Source: Puccinia triticina (taxonomy: Eukaryota). Taken from it: a DNA stretch of 64,000 nucleotides. Location of the stretch: positions 4,154,001 to 4,218,000 of the forward strand of contig CP110440.1 of the NCBI GenBank assembly GCA_026914245.1, read 5' to 3'. Within the stretch, counting starts at the first letter, position 1. Every line of letters begins with the position of its first letter. Below, piece by piece: positions 63,097 through 64,000 of this stretch. The notes under the pieces were generated by a model, which saw nothing but the letters and a program-made list of their open reading frames with translations, was not told the origin of the DNA and made no database searches. The translations under genes were made by a program, and so were the position numbers.

Positions 63097-63722
63097 TTGG
63101 AGAAGAATGAAATGATGTTTACTCCGGAGCAGCGAGTCTTCTTCAATGGTGTGATGTATGCGGTCAATAACCAAGTGCCACAAACATTCTACTTGGATGG
63201 ACCTGGCGGGACCGGTAAAACTTTTCTTCTCGACAGTTTAATTGATGGTTTGACAATCAACCAGAAGAAATGTGTGCTTGTTACATCGACGGGGGTGGCA
63301 GCGCTCCTGCTCAACGGAGGTCAAACGGCTCACTCTGCTTTCAAGCTCCCATTAACAATAAACAATGAGACCTTGTGCAGCATTGATGCCTCGACAAAAT
63401 GCGGTCGTGAGATGATCACAGCCGACATCATTTTTTGGGACAAGATTGTGACGATGCACCTCCAAGCTATCCAAGCCGTCGACATATCACTGCAACTGTT
63501 GACAAATAATCCACACCCATTTGGGGGAAAGTGTGTTGTTTTTCTGGGTGACCTTTGTCAAACTCTTCCCGTCGTTGGGTTGGAAGAGTGTCCGCGGTCT
63601 TGTCACGCCACTCTAAAATCTTTGTCCTTATGGGGAGCAGTCAAAAAGCACGCTTTAAACCTTAACATGAGGCTGAGGCAAAGCAAGGACACTGAAGCGG
63701 TCAAGAACTACTTGATCTCGGC
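63097..63722 (+). pseudogene. Helitron-type PIF1 helicase fragment
   Basis: FYLDGPGGTGKT, STGVAALLLNGGQTAHSAFKLPL, PFGGK..GDLCQTLPVV, LNMRL. Walker B is eroded (WDK) and the fragment is truncated after NMRL. Confidence 0.85.
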
Positions 63723-64000
63723 GAAGTTGCAATGGCGCGAAACTGATGAAAAGTAGAACAAAACAAATTCATTATCCAAAAAATTAAAGGAAGACAAAAG
63801 TAATCAACTAACCTTTGCAAGAGATCGACGACATGACTCTGACGTATAAACATCATCATCCTTTTCATCTTCAACATCTTTGACATCAGCCAGCGTAAGC
63901 TCGTCGTCCTCTGCGAATTCGCCATCGGGGCGCTCAGAAATATTGGCAGGAAGCTCCTCCTCGTCGTCATCAGTGGAGCTACTATTGTCTTCCTCTTCAT
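63722..64000 (-). pseudogene. Acidic internal fragment of a probable hAT transposase, running off the window
   Basis: DDELTLADVKDVEDEKDDDVYTSESCRRSLAK, GT-AG intron, then FRAIAT. Same strand as the hAT fragment at 61592-62345. Confidence 0.5.

Noticed and set aside
63097..63756. Functional PIF1 helicase
   Set aside because: Walker B and motif III are degenerate and the C-terminal motifs are missing.

Overview
Eukaryotic, repeat-dense fungal DNA. Short GT-AG introns, the ribosomal proteins and the TE families point to a rust fungus (Pucciniales, Puccinia-like); this is an inference. Host genes are few: a 9-exon secreted protein (1661-3426, -), a 5-exon candidate secreted effector (17844-18860, +), a YOR389W-like pseudogene, and a head-to-head RPP2/RPS15 pair (42421-43958). 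Much of the rest is nested transposons: Copia and Gypsy relics, solo LTRs, and Tc1/mariner, MULE, PIF/Harbinger, CACTA, hAT and Helitron derivatives. The standout is a complete, apparently intact 7.1-kb helicase-encoding DNA transposon (44538-51638, AcademH type). It has CTAACTTAAC termini, a perfect 9-bp TSD, and convergent spliced genes for a DDE transposase and a RecQ-like helicase. Three non-autonomous derivatives with the same ends and 9-bp TSDs are also present, one only 73 bp long. Also notable are a tRNA-like/TTAGGG cassette inside a foldback element, RIP-like TpCpG damage in the older retroelements, and a stand-alone gag ORF. Family assignments come from motif recognition by eye; no database searches were run.
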